Source: a virus (Duplodnaviria; Caudoviricetes). Taken from it: DNA of 25,077 nt. Numbering within the stretch: the first letter of the stretch is position 1; each line of letters starts with the position of its first letter. Below the pieces are notes generated by a model that did no database searches, was not told where the DNA came from, and saw only the letters and a list, made by a program, of their open reading frames with translations. Positions 24,665 to 25,077 of this stretch are shown here, piece by piece. A program made the position numbers and the translations under genes. The stretch spans positions 1 to 25,077 of IMG/VR virus record IMGVR_UViG_3300027603_000002, one strand, 5' to 3'.

Positions 24665-25072
24665 CTATTTCGACAGGAACCGGGCGATCCTCCCAGCCTC
24701 CCCGGCCGGATTCTTCCTCATCCGGCATTCCCATACGACCAGCACGGACCAGCCCATCCGCCGCAGCTTGCGGAGGGCCCTTCTGTCCCTCCTCGAATTT
24801 CCCTCCAGCTTTGCGGCCCAGTATCCGGCATTGGACTCGGGCAGCCTGCCGCCCCGGCAGGAGTGGGAGTGCCAGAAGCACCCGTGGGCGAATATGGCCT
24901 TCCTGGCGGACGGGAACGAGAAGTCCGGCCTTCCGGGCAGGGACCCATCGTGCGTGATGCACGGAACCCCGATCCCCCGGAGCATGGACTCGACGGCCCT
25001 CTCCGGGCCGGTCCCCCTGGACCCGATCCTCGACATGAGCTCCGACCTTTTTTCGGCGGATATCCTGTCCAT
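24665..25072 (-). CDS. vsr: very-short-patch repair endonuclease
   Basis: RSELMSRI...T.PE, LPGRPDF, HGCFWH, N..RD and VWEC motifs. Confidence 0.95.
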   Translation of the reverse strand: MDRISAEKRSELMSRIGSRGTGPERAVESMLRGIGVPCITHDGSLPGRPDFSFPSARKAIFAHGCFWHSHSCRGGRLPESNAGYWAAKLEGNSRRDRRALRKLRRMGWSVLVVWECRMRKNPAGEAGRIARFLSK

Positions 25073-25077
25073 GCTAT

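Overview
Phage DNA-replication and DNA-modification region, with essentially all real genes on the minus strand and many stop/start overlaps. No structural genes, tRNA, rRNA or CRISPR were seen. In transcription order (right to left): vsr; a 7-deazaguanine block (queD, csrA, queE, folE, a DpdL-like T-fold gene, a GT-B glycosyltransferase); a DnaN-like clamp; the N-terminal half of a split family-A DNA polymerase (family-4 UDG domain holding a LAGLIDADG intein, plus 3'-5' exonuclease); nucleotide-metabolism genes (DUF3310, ThyX, DUF550, DUF1937); the polymerase-domain half; small hypothetical genes; an SNF2-like helicase; a DpdA/TGT-like transglycosylase; an HNH gene; a frameshifted N4/N6 methyltransferase; a second HNH gene; a multi-HTH protein; a clamp loader; a UvsY-like gene; and a gp32-like SSB that runs off the left edge. 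The leading candidate for a new system is folE-queD-queE + dpdL-like + glycosyltransferase + dpdA with no queC in the window, suggesting a possibly glycosylated 7-deazaguanine DNA base. Other signals are a five-copy TTCCGATAAT promoter-like motif, duplicated gene-end scars beside both HNH genes, and a shared terminal GFG motif. All family assignments come from motif recognition by eye; no database searches or composition calculations were run.
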